This document shows, one piece after another, positions 22,021-32,494 of a stretch of DNA of 64,000 nucleotides. Source of the stretch: Naegleria gruberi (lineage: Eukaryota). Location: assembly GCA_000004985.1 (NCBI GenBank), contig GG738921.1; one strand, given 5' to 3'. Under the pieces are notes generated by a model. The model did not search any database, was not told where the DNA came from, and worked only from the letters and a program-made list of their open reading frames with translations. Made by a program: the position numbers and the translations under genes. How positions within the stretch are numbered: the stretch's first letter is position 1; the number at the start of each line of letters is the position of its first letter.

Positions 22021-22435
22021 TTTTTTTTGATTTGATAGGAAATCTTTGTTAAACTGGAATGAAATTGTAATATCTAAATAATTTAAATATTAAATTATTT
22101 AATATTTAAATATTCAATTTTACATGATACAATTGAGGGGTCCGATCTATTCTTAAATTCATCCTCACAATATTCCTCGCACGAGCATAGAGCTCTTATT
22201 ATCGGGTTTCCAATTTCCTCTCACAACCCTTTCAATTCACCTCTCCATGGAATTTCAATTATTCAACCTTGATCATCACATGGCAACAACCTCTTAATGC
22301 GACAACGAGAAAAAACACGAATAATTTTATTACTCCATCCTCTTCAAAGAAAGGGCGGGTTTTTTTCTTAACGTAAAAAAATACCTCGCAGCGTGCTAAG
22401 CGTTGGAATGTTTCGCACTAAGCAGAGTGCGCAAA

Positions 22436-22503
22436 GAGAGCACCATCAGCAGATTCCTTAGAGAAGAAGAAGGATGATACTGCTGATGGAAGGCTTTGCT
22501 CTC
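22436..22503. other. Extended hairpin in a GC-richer island within the divergent spacer
   Basis: GAGAGCA CCATCAGCAG (22436-22452) pairs with CTGCTGATGG ... TGCTCTC (22480-22503), giving 10 + 7 bp arms. It lies about 200 nt upstream of the ABC transporter ATG. Confidence 0.5.
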
Positions 22504-22703
22504 TATTCTTCTTCTAAAAGGTGGTGAAGGAGGACAATGTGTTGTGAGGATTATTTGTTTTTGAATGAATAGTTGAAATTGTACGTCGCTGATTCTCCAA
22601 AACACAATCAGAAAAAACAACAATACAAGAAACTATTAGGTTTCAATATATATTCCGAGTTTTATTGAATATTTGAATCATTAATTGATAATTACTTTGA
22701 AAA

Positions 22704-24776
22704 ATGTCAACAAATAATGAATTGGTTGTTGACGTCCAACAAATTAAGGATGATATGAAACAACAACAGCAACAACAGCCAGAGAGGAAATCAAGAAATC
22801 CCTTCAAGAAAAACAAGAAAAAGGCTGAAAACAAAGAAACAGAAGATATTGTCGATACAAGAGAACCAAATCTCAAATTTAAAGACAGTTTCACAATTTA
22901 CAAAATCATTGGATGGAATTGGATTTTGATATTCTTGGGAAGTATTGGTGCTATGGGAACAGGTGTTATTCCAATTAGGTAAGTTTCAGATATTTGAGTT
23001 TTTGTTACAAACACTTTCAAAGTTTCCAATTTGTTATGGGAGATTTAATCAATGTCTTTTCACCAACACGTGCCGATGGATCCACTGTTACTGCAGCTGA
23101 ACAGAAAGCTGAAATTGGAACATATGCTTCATACTTTGCAATTATTGCAGCTGCAGCTTGTATTGCCAATTTCATGTCTCAATTCTTTTTGAATTGGGCA
23201 AGTGAAAGAATTGGTGTTGCTATTAGAAGTGCTTATTTTGACTCATTGACAGTTCAAGAGATGGGTTTCTTTGATATTAAGAAGGTTGGTGCATTGACCA
23301 TTACTCTTTCTGAAGATATTACTCGTATTCAGGAAGTTTACTCTGTCAAGTTGGCTACCTTACTTCAAAACTTGGCTCAGTTCGTTGTCGGTGTCATTCT
23401 TGCCTTAACATCAGGATGGCAAATGGCCCTCGTCATGATGAGTACAACACCATTAATGATTTTGGGTGTAGTGTTGTTGGGTGGTGTTATCAGAAAGTTG
23501 ACCTTGTCAATTAATAAGGCCAACGATCATAGTGCCTCCATTGCTACTGAAGTGATGGGAGCTATGAGAACTGTAAGATCAATGGCCGGAGAGGAAAAGG
23601 AAAGAGTCAGATACAAGAAGGACTTGACCAAGATGTATTTGGCTGGTATTGGTAAGGCTGTTGCTCAAGGTTCTACTTTTGGTGTTTTGGTTGGTATCTT
23701 GTGGGGTACTACTGCTTTAGGTAAGTTTTTTTATTATTTCAAATTAGCTCAATAATGTTATTTTAGCTTTCTGGTATGGTGGTGGTCTAGTTGTTGATGG
23801 AACCATGAATATTGGATCTATGCTCAAGGTTTTCGGTTTGACATTGTTTGCTATTATTGGTATTTCTCAAGCTGGTTCATTCTTCCCTGATTATGGTAAG
23901 GCCATGGTTTCTCAAAAGACTGTTTTGAAATTATTGAAGAGACAACCAGCTATTATTTTCAAGGGAGGTAAAACTCTTGATACTATCATTGGTAATGTCA
24001 CATTTGAAAATGTTGATTTTGTCTATCCATCACGTCCAAATGCTACTGTCTTGAAGAATTTCAGTTTGGATATTAAGGCAGGTCAAGCTGTTGCTTTGGT
24101 TGGTCCATCTGGTTCAGGTAAATCAACAATTGTTGGTTTATTGGAAAGATTCTACGACCCAGCTCAGGGTAAGGTTTATCTTGATGGTGTTGATATCGCT
24201 GAAATCGATCCAATGTGGCTCCACAAGAATATTGGTATTGTCACTCAAGAACCTGTATTGTTTGCAACCAGCATTTACAAGAATATTGCTTATGCTATTG
24301 GTGAAGAAAATACTACAATGGAAAAGGTTATTGAAGCCGCTAAATCTGCCAACTGTCACAATTTCATTATGGACTTACCAGATGGATACAATACTTTATT
24401 GGGTGAACGTGGTGTCTCACTCTCAGGTGGTCAAAAGCAACGTGTCTGTATTGCTCGTGCCTTATTGCAAAATCCAAAACTTCTCTTATTGGATGAAGCT
24501 ACATCTGCCTTGGATACTGAATCTGAATCTCTCGTTCAAGCTGCTTTGGATTTATTGATGAAGGGTCGTACAACTATTTGTATTGCTCACAGATTGTCAA
24601 CTGTTAAGAACTCTGACAAGATTTGTGTATTGGCTAAGGGTATTTTGAAAGAAACTGGTACTCATGCCGAATTAATGGCCATTGAAAATGGTATCTATAA
24701 GAATTTGGCTGAAAGACAAATGTTGTTCTCTAATGAAAATGCTGATGTTGAAGCAACAATGGAAGTTTTGCAATAA
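22704..24776 (+). CDS. ABC transporter, ABCB-type half transporter (TMD-NBD, 660 aa, 3 exons)
   Basis: Exons are 22704-22978 / 23023-23720 / 23767-24776, with introns of 44 and 46 nt (GTAAGT...AG) in phase. The TMD carries AFWYGGGLV. The NBD has Walker A GPSGSGKST, the signature LSGGQKQR, Walker B LLLLDEATSALD and the H-loop CIAHRLST. Confidence 0.92.
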
Positions 24777-24985
24777 TGTAAATATGTAATTTTGGAGAGT
24801 GTAAATAAATTCAATTTCAAAAATTCTTTAGTAATAACAGAGATGGGAAAGGAGAATCATTAATCAACCAATATTCCAGGATAGAGATGTGGCCTTATTC
24901 TACCCATTGAATTCTACAATGGGAAGTGAACAATTTGTAAAAGATTTGATTTAAAACAAGCTTTACAATTTTGATAAAAAACTCT

Positions 24986-27469
24986 TTAATTACTAGTTGA
25001 TCCTTCAGTTAATTCTTTGGCCACTGACTTGACAAGTTTGTAATAAATCAATAAGGCAATAAACAAGATGGCAACTGATACAATAATTACTGATGATGGC
25101 TTGTATCCTGTCAAATTTCTTCTTTGGAACCAATATTTGGTTATTTCCTTATATTGAACATTGGTTTTGATAGCTTCTCCTTCGTTCATTAGGAATCTCT
25201 TGAATGTAAACTTGATTTGACCCTTATTGACAGGGGTGGAATTATAGGTCTGATAATTATTAAAGGACGTATCACATTCGTCAATCCATTCATTTTGAAC
25301 ATCAATAATTTCTCTAACTTTGTGTTGTTGTGTGGCAGAATAGTTTGACTTTTTCTTGGCAAATCTTTTAAGTCCGACAATACTATCAGAGAGGGTATTC
25401 TTTAAAATTCCTGTTTTGCTTTCGTCGATATTTCCTTCAAATTCTGCATACTTGTAATCATCAGGCAAAAGTAAATCAAATTGAAGTTCAGTAATTGGTG
25501 CATCAATTTGAGCAAGTGATACTGAGAGTGTTCCTGAGGAGGCAAGTTTTGTGGATGGTACAGTAAAAGTGAGGTCAATATTCATTGGAGTGGAACCTTC
25601 CTTCTTGGAGAGTGGAATGAGGATGGTCTTTTCATTATCTTTAACTTCTTGACCTGGTTTAATGGTTGCTCCATCACACAAAGTAGACCATACTTCAGAG
25701 CCGTTCAATTCTTCTGGCAATTTGATTCTCAAATATTGTTTGAAAGTATTGTAGCAGTTAAGATTAATCTTGTGGAGGAGCTTATCTCCAGAATGAGTAA
25801 TGGTATAGGTACATTGAGAAATATTTGTGGATAAAACAGACACGTCAGCATGTCTGATGACATCTAATTGCAATTCGTGTTGACTTTCTAAAAATCTATA
25901 ACCCATCAAGATTGGGAATCCACTTTGCTTATGTACATGTGGTAATTCTCCAATGTCTATCTTTCTCAAGAATCTTCTTGACTTTTCTACAATTTCTACA
26001 ACTGTCTTGGCAATAATGGCCATAGTACCAGTTTCTCTTGAAACGTTATGAGTGGAAAGAGAAGGAACTCTTACTAATGCACTAGTACCTCCCATATCAG
26101 CTTCACTCACGACTTCCAAATGGTAGGATCTTTCAATTTCTCTTGTAAAGGTAACAACTAACTTCTTTTTACAGTTTGTAAGAGAGTTGGCTTCTTCTAA
26201 TTGGTCATCCTTGACTTCTTCACTAACCATGTTCCATTCCTTAATATAGCTACCAGAAACAGAGATAATTCTGAATGGCAAATTGTATGGATTGATAGAA
26301 ATTTCCAATGAGGTAATGATTCCATTAACAATAGAGTAATCGAATCTACTCTTTGTATTGATAACACCTTCACCAATCAAACAACTGGAGTCTTGGGTAG
26401 AACTGACAGAAACTGGAAGAACAACCTTTTGTTCCTTTTCTTTTTCTTCCTCTGGCTCCTTTTGGAAGATGAGATCAATGGCTTTTTGTTGAATTTCAGG
26501 AGTCCACAAAATACTGAGATATTGTGTGGATGGAAGTTGAGTGGCAACCTTGGTAACAACTCTATCTTCAATTGTTGTATTGGATTGGTCCAAATAGAGA
26601 GATGGAGTAACTTTCACTTGACACTTTTCATTTTCAATAATGAATTCCAATGTACTGGTGACAGCATTTGGAATAGAAAGTGTGACTTGTCTTGGGGAAG
26701 TTTCATTCTTCAAACATTCAAGGTTAGTATAATTAACATCAACTTTCAATCTAACTTCATAGAGACCAGATGAATCTGTCAACATTATAATTTTACCTTG
26801 ATCAATTGAAACATGGCAATTTACATAATCATTTTCTTCCTTTTCACCCATATACTTTACATTAACTGTCTTGATCACAATACGTTGTTCTACATTACTC
26901 AATAATACACATTGAGTCCATAACTTCTTTGCTAGTAAGAGATTATTTCTTTGAAGAATGGCTTTTTGCTTTTTTGATACATTTTCTAACATATCTACCA
27001 TATACACAATTTCAAATGCACAACTATTTACACGTTCTTCTTCCTTTCCAATAGATTCTGCCAAACTCAAATTTTCCTTCTTGACATAATTTTGCTTTCC
27101 CTTTATATCCATAGATCTGATAATGTATGGTTGATCAGCAGCACTAATCACAGAATCATCGAAATGTTCTTCCAAAAACTTTTGTTGTTGTTGGAATTGT
27201 TGTAAAATCTCCAAATACTTATCAAGTGGAAGGGAAACACTTGGTAAACTGGTAGAAACACCTGATGCTCCACCAACACCTCCAGCTGGAGAATTATTCC
27301 ATTGTTGTGGTTGTTGTGGTGGTGTTATTGATGATTGAGGTGTTGGTTTGCACTCTTTCTTTTGTACTGCCAAAAAGTCGTCACAACCATTTTGTTGATA
27401 GGCAGGTTGTGAGGAGTGAGACCAAACATTAGCCTTTCTATCCTTCATCATTTTAACTTTGTTGAACAT
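24986..27469 (-). CDS. 827-aa protein of unknown function with a single C-terminal TM (tail-anchored-like topology)
   Basis: Single ORF with ATG at 27469 and no signal peptide. The body is long and beta-strand-rich. The hydrophobic helix VIIVSVAILFIALLIYYKLV lies about 17 aa from the C-terminus. I cannot assign a family. Confidence 0.6.
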   Translation of the reverse strand: MFNKVKMMKDRKANVWSHSSQPAYQQNGCDDFLAVQKKECKPTPQSSITPPQQPQQWNNSPAGGVGGASGVSTSLPSVSLPLDKYLEILQQFQQQQKFLEEHFDDSVISAADQPYIIRSMDIKGKQNYVKKENLSLAESIGKEEERVNSCAFEIVYMVDMLENVSKKQKAILQRNNLLLAKKLWTQCVLLSNVEQRIVIKTVNVKYMGEKEENDYVNCHVSIDQGKIIMLTDSSGLYEVRLKVDVNYTNLECLKNETSPRQVTLSIPNAVTSTLEFIIENEKCQVKVTPSLYLDQSNTTIEDRVVTKVATQLPSTQYLSILWTPEIQQKAIDLIFQKEPEEEKEKEQKVVLPVSVSSTQDSSCLIGEGVINTKSRFDYSIVNGIITSLEISINPYNLPFRIISVSGSYIKEWNMVSEEVKDDQLEEANSLTNCKKKLVVTFTREIERSYHLEVVSEADMGGTSALVRVPSLSTHNVSRETGTMAIIAKTVVEIVEKSRRFLRKIDIGELPHVHKQSGFPILMGYRFLESQHELQLDVIRHADVSVLSTNISQCTYTITHSGDKLLHKINLNCYNTFKQYLRIKLPEELNGSEVWSTLCDGATIKPGQEVKDNEKTILIPLSKKEGSTPMNIDLTFTVPSTKLASSGTLSVSLAQIDAPITELQFDLLLPDDYKYAEFEGNIDESKTGILKNTLSDSIVGLKRFAKKKSNYSATQQHKVREIIDVQNEWIDECDTSFNNYQTYNSTPVNKGQIKFTFKRFLMNEGEAIKTNVQYKEITKYWFQRRNLTGYKPSSVIIVSVAILFIALLIYYKLVKSVAKELTEGSTSN

Positions 27470-27832
27470 TTTGATCAGGTTTTTATAATAATGTTATCTG
27501 TACAATTTTGTTGTTGTTTAGATCAGCAGCCTATCAAGAGAAACCTCCGAAAATATGTGTGTGGTAATAATTTGGAAGATGATCAAATGATATCTTTTTT
27601 TTTTAATTTTCTCTTTGGATGAACTCACCTGGTAAGAGTTCACTCTTCAAAATTGTGTTGACCCAAGGTTCACCACCTGTTAATAATTATTAAATACTTT
27701 ACAAAAAAAATAAAATATTTAATTTAATAATAATAACAATCAATATCAGAATGAATTTTTTTGCATATTATGATTTGACTTCATGCTGGGAATGTACATT
27801 AGATAATTGTGTTCATCTCCTTCAATTAAAAA

Positions 27833-30800
27833 ATGCTCAATGATGACGATGAGGGTAGCACAACCAACAACAGCCTGACCATTTCCTCCTCAGCAAATAA
27901 TAATAGTAACAACAACAACAATAGAAGGAGAGTAGTATTTGTTGTCGATGCAGAGCAACAAAAAGAACACCATACAAATGCTACTACTAATGTAAATAAT
28001 AGTGTGTTGGAAGAGGCTGAACAACAACATAACGATAGACATGTTCATTTTGGGGAATTAGTAACGAGTCATTATCATCATCATATGGACGAACAAACAC
28101 AACAGAAGCCTTCTTCAGAAATGATTGCCGAGGGAGTTAAAAGTTTATCGGTGAGGAAGATTGCAAAGGATAATCTTGTCAAATATAACAAGGTTTATGT
28201 ATCGGATAGGTTGTATTTAAAGTTGAGAAAACAAGCATATAATGAAAGATATTCAGTGGAATCAGTTCGTTTTCCTATTAGTGCTATTGAGGAGAATGTT
28301 ATTTATTTACTTTTGGGAAATGGTGATAATTTGGGAGTGTATCAGTGTTCATTGGAGAATTCCGAATCAAAACCAACAAATTTGAGTGGAAAGAAACAAA
28401 GCTTTTTGAAAAACAACACATCCACTATTGCTTTAAATTATTTTCAACGAGAATCTATGAGTGTACAGGAAAATAGTAATGTAAATATTGTATCATCCTA
28501 TTTGGAGTGTATAGTTGAAGAAAAGTTATTCTCTGACTTTTCTTCTTTCATATTTGGAAATGGTACTAAAGTTACAGTTTTGGAGAGAATATCATTTTCA
28601 ATAACCTCTAATACTTTGTCATCATTATTGCAACAGCGTAATAATGAAAAAGTCAAATTAACAGAAGAATCTTTGAAGGAACAATTTTCACAATTTGTAC
28701 AAAAGTATTTAATTGGCAATGTATTTAAAAAGGATCAACGAGTTGGTATGGAGTATTTGACAAAGAATGGAAATTCTAAAAAGAAGAAGGAAATGATTGA
28801 GTTTATTGTCTCAAATCTAACTTTTTCCAAAAATGATATTTCATTATTTGGGATTATTACTTCAAACACTTCGATAGATATAGAGTTACGACCAACTACC
28901 GTCTCTAAGAATTTTTTGAATAAGGAACGAATTTTTCAAACACAACCAATTATGCAACTATCATGCCAACCTTTACTTTTTACTAACTTGACTAAATATG
29001 ACTGTGTATTCTGCAGTTGTGAACTAATTGAATCTGATAAGATAATGACAAAAGATGGACCATTGCTTCTTTATGCTAGAATAATACCGAGTAACATAAT
29101 TTATAGAGTCATGTTAATGAAAGGAATGGAACCAGGTACTATTCTAATGGGTAAACACCAACGTCAGAACCTTGCCACTAATGTGAATGAGAGTTTGCAA
29201 GTGAAATTTTTCTTTATGGATCCTTCGAGATGTCTTGAGGTTTCAAATGATGAAATGACAAAGAGAGTCAAGGAAAGTAATCCATTCAATTCACTTCAAG
29301 AACCAACTTCATACAATGATAGGCATTTCAGATCTCTTCAGACAATAGTCTTCAAATTGGATGAAACAAATGGAAATAGTATTTCATTCAGTAGTTTGAT
29401 TTCGTATATTTATTACTTTTTCCAATATCACTACTTTGAAATTGGGCAAGAACTTGCCTTCTCGTTAGAATACTCTATCATTAGGATGAAAGTAATATCA
29501 ATCAATGGCGTTGGAGTGCTTAGTATGAACAAGCCAATAGGAGGTTTGCTGGGAAAGAATACTCTTTGTTATTTTGAAAAATCAAGAGCCTTTGAATACA
29601 AGGCAGTTCCATCGCTTGATTTACTAGAGTTGCAACAGAGTGTTCACATAATGAAAGGATCTCTAATATCAGAAAGTGATGGAAACAGTTATTTTGTAAA
29701 TACTCTATGCCCTGAAAAGAGACAACCTCAATGCTTTGAAATTGAAAGATACGAGAAGGCTCCTTCAACAATTAACATAATCCATCATGATCAATATCCT
29801 TCCAAGGATGTTTTTAAGAGAGTTTCCAAGTTTAACAAGTCCTTACAATTTACAAAAATAATTAGATGCACGAATCATAACTCTGATTCAGAAATTAGAC
29901 ATATTGTATTCAATTTGGATTTAAACTCTGTTGAACTATTTGATTCTTATGGAGATAAGGTTGAAACTGTAGAGGAAGCAACAATTAATGAATCAATCAA
30001 TTTCCAAACCTCGGAATTTGCTAAAATTCCAGAATGGCTAAAACTATTCAATACTGGAAGGTTGAAGGCTTGTAAATTTGAAGAGCTAGCAACTCATTCT
30101 GCCACTACTTTTTACATGGACGATTTTGTAATTTTACAGGGAGGATGTGATACACAAGTCAATGAAATACAGCCACAAACAACCTTACTCATCTACTCTA
30201 TCAAGGATAGAAAATTAATCAAGCTGGACGATTCTCAGAACAAAATGTCACTTCAGCATCCTCTTAGTATTTATCACCACTCTGCTAATATTTATGAGAA
30301 CGATAAGCTGCTTCTCTATGGAGGTTTGAATTATGACTCTCAACAGAAAAAGTTTTCATCCTTGAATAATTTGATTCAACTCAATCTGAAAACTTTCGAA
30401 TGGGAATATATTGAAACAAAGAATGAAGGGCCATCTCTCTATTATCATACCTCAACACAAGCTCATGATTCTCTATTTATTTGTGGTGGATGTCACAGTA
30501 GTACTAGAATTACAGAGTATCCTTATTTGTGGGAACTCAATTTATACACATTATTTTGGAGAAAAATCAAAACAGAAGAACCAAAAGAAGATGTCAATAT
30601 TGGATGTTACTGTCTTTCACTACTCAAATTTTGTCCAATATTCTCCCAAATCATCTTCCTCCAAATGCACAGAGAACCAAAGGATGAACACTATGATACC
30701 AACTATTACAAATTATCCAAGTTACAAAAAGGATCCAGACATTTAAAGGTCAGAAAGATTACATTAAGACTGGAAAAGTCACCCCTCAAAGCATATTCCA

Positions 30801-30883
30801 AATGGCTTGCCGTCTTTGAGAGTACTTTCATGCTACCATCAGAGAGATGCACCTATCAGGATGTTCTTTTCCTTCACGAATGA
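27833..30883 (+). CDS. 1016-aa protein with C-terminal Kelch repeats and N-terminal modules possibly of the NSF-N/CDC48-N type
   Basis: Single ORF after an A-run. Kelch-like blades: LLLYGGLNYDS ... FEWEYIETKNEGPSLYYHTSTQAHDSLFICGG ... LWELNLYTLFWRKI. Upstream segments (GTILMGKHQRQNLATNVNESLQVKFF; FFQYHYFEIGQELAFSLEYSIIRMKVISI) resemble the two subdomains of the NSF N-domain. Confidence 0.65.
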   Translation: MLNDDDEGSTTNNSLTISSSANNNSNNNNNRRRVVFVVDAEQQKEHHTNATTNVNNSVLEEAEQQHNDRHVHFGELVTSHYHHHMDEQTQQKPSSEMIAEGVKSLSVRKIAKDNLVKYNKVYVSDRLYLKLRKQAYNERYSVESVRFPISAIEENVIYLLLGNGDNLGVYQCSLENSESKPTNLSGKKQSFLKNNTSTIALNYFQRESMSVQENSNVNIVSSYLECIVEEKLFSDFSSFIFGNGTKVTVLERISFSITSNTLSSLLQQRNNEKVKLTEESLKEQFSQFVQKYLIGNVFKKDQRVGMEYLTKNGNSKKKKEMIEFIVSNLTFSKNDISLFGIITSNTSIDIELRPTTVSKNFLNKERIFQTQPIMQLSCQPLLFTNLTKYDCVFCSCELIESDKIMTKDGPLLLYARIIPSNIIYRVMLMKGMEPGTILMGKHQRQNLATNVNESLQVKFFFMDPSRCLEVSNDEMTKRVKESNPFNSLQEPTSYNDRHFRSLQTIVFKLDETNGNSISFSSLISYIYYFFQYHYFEIGQELAFSLEYSIIRMKVISINGVGVLSMNKPIGGLLGKNTLCYFEKSRAFEYKAVPSLDLLELQQSVHIMKGSLISESDGNSYFVNTLCPEKRQPQCFEIERYEKAPSTINIIHHDQYPSKDVFKRVSKFNKSLQFTKIIRCTNHNSDSEIRHIVFNLDLNSVELFDSYGDKVETVEEATINESINFQTSEFAKIPEWLKLFNTGRLKACKFEELATHSATTFYMDDFVILQGGCDTQVNEIQPQTTLLIYSIKDRKLIKLDDSQNKMSLQHPLSIYHHSANIYENDKLLLYGGLNYDSQQKKFSSLNNLIQLNLKTFEWEYIETKNEGPSLYYHTSTQAHDSLFICGGCHSSTRITEYPYLWELNLYTLFWRKIKTEEPKEDVNIGCYCLSLLKFCPIFSQIIFLQMHREPKDEHYDTNYYKLSKLQKGSRHLKVRKITLRLEKSPLKAYSKWLAVFESTFMLPSERCTYQDVLFLHE

Positions 30884-30987
30884 ATGAAACAATTAAAAAG
30901 AAACTGAAAAGTAAATCTTCCTTCAACTCTCAATTCCTGAACGATTTTTCGGCCGTTATTTAAAAACATTTTAAAAATTTAAAAAAA

Positions 30988-32315
30988 ATGGAGCCACACA
31001 TCATTGAGGAGAGGGAAGTTCCTAAAGCCTATTTACTTAAATCAGCCTCGGTGCCGAAGCCTATGGGATTTCTGGATAGGTTTGAAGTGAGAAGTGTAGC
31101 TAGGGATTTTTCACTGTTGGAAAATTTACGAGATGAGGATAAAGTTTGTAGTGGTAGGTAATCTTGGATAATTATGTGATGGAAATAATATGTGGATGAA
31201 TAATAACAAAATAGATGATTCGGAAATGGTTGGAATAGAATGCCAGGATGACATGATGTTGTACTTTACAGGATTTCTAGTACTCCCATCAAATGCTAAT
31301 AAATTTCATGAGAATCCATCAAACACTAGTATATTGGATAGAGATGAAAATAGAATTTATTACTTGATGTGTTCACCGAGTAGAATGTGGTCGTTTGATT
31401 ATTCGGAAGATTTACGAGGAGTGTGGTTTGAAAATGATAATGGATGGTACAAGTTATTAAATCCAAGCAAAAAGTATGCTCCGATCTATGCCCCATTCAA
31501 AGCAGTAAGTGTTGTTCTGGTTAATACTTTATTAATTGTGATAATCTTTTGCTGAAATATATTGGAAATTTAATTATTAGAAATGTGATTTGTGGTTGTC
31601 ACTTCATGAAGTTTTACAGTCTAACTTTTCGTCCACAATCAGTCAAGTAGTAGGGATGTTAGATGAGGATAAATATACAGAAAAAAACATTCTAGATAAT
31701 GCTCAATTTATTCTCACCAATTGTTCAAATACTCAGGATGAATCAGGCAAGAAATTTTCTTCGTCTGTTTTTGCTGTGGAGCTGAGGAAAAAAATTGCTG
31801 AAATCGCATCAAATGAGAAGAAACATCCTAAAGTTAAATCTGAACCTATTAGTAGTACTACTGTAAAAAAGAGGGAACGTGTGGAAGTTGAAGTCCCAAC
31901 CAAAAAATCAAAAATCAAAAAAGCTTCAAAAAAAACCTCTCTCATCAATCCAATTTTAATAGACTCATTCAATACGGCAAAACAAAAATGGAAAAAAGAA
32001 GCTGAGGATGGAGAACTTTCAGATAGTGGAGATCGTAACATTATTATTTTTCCTACAACACTTTGTAATTATTGTAACAAACACAGACACAATTTCATTG
32101 CCTGCGCCAAATGTGAAGAATATCAATTGTGTTCTGTTTGTTTCATAAATCTCGAATTGGATCAGCAAGTGAAAAAGAAAAATCTAAAGAATGGAAAGAC
32201 AGCATTTGATTATTGTGGAGAAAACTCATTATTTACATGTAGACCTTGTTTTGAACGTGGAGATAGTGATTCATCTTCTGATTCTGGAAGCTTTAACCTA
32301 GATGATGAAAGTTAG
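30988..32315 (+). CDS. DNMT1-RFD (replication-foci/RFTS) domain protein with a C-terminal ZZ-type zinc finger (396 aa, 3 exons)
   Basis: Exons are 30988-31153 / 31215-31504 / 31581-32315, with introns of 61 and 76 nt in phase. The RFD signature is GWYKLLNPSKKYAPIYAPFKA|KCDLWLSLHEVLQSN ... YTEKNILDNAQFILT. The Cys-rich tail CNYCNKHRHNFIACAKCEEYQLCSVCF is ZZ-like. No methyltransferase domain. Confidence 0.75.
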
Positions 32316-32494
32316 ATTTGATTATCAATCAAATAATCAATGAAAACTAACAATACGGAAGGAAATATTCAATTTTAACAAGATTAAGAAGATTGAATAG
32401 AGAAGTGACAATAGAAAAGAGTAAATAATTTTACCCTGCCATCAAACCAAACATTAACACGAAGCCAAAATTGATTGTTGTAAAACAAAAAAAA

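Noticed and set aside
22074-22115. A/T-only palindromes (AAATAATTT AAATATT AAATTATTT; AATATTTAAATATT) about 60 nt upstream of the ATG at 22020
   Set aside because: Perfect palindromes made only of A and T are expected by chance in pure-AT spacer. Similar runs occur at 45540-45660 and 48330-48480.
27620-27680. Two CACCTG (E-box-like) hexamers and a 6-bp hairpin (GAACTC...GAGTTC) in the divergent spacer 27470-27832
   Set aside because: These are short motifs with high chance expectation, and the window offers no supporting repetition.
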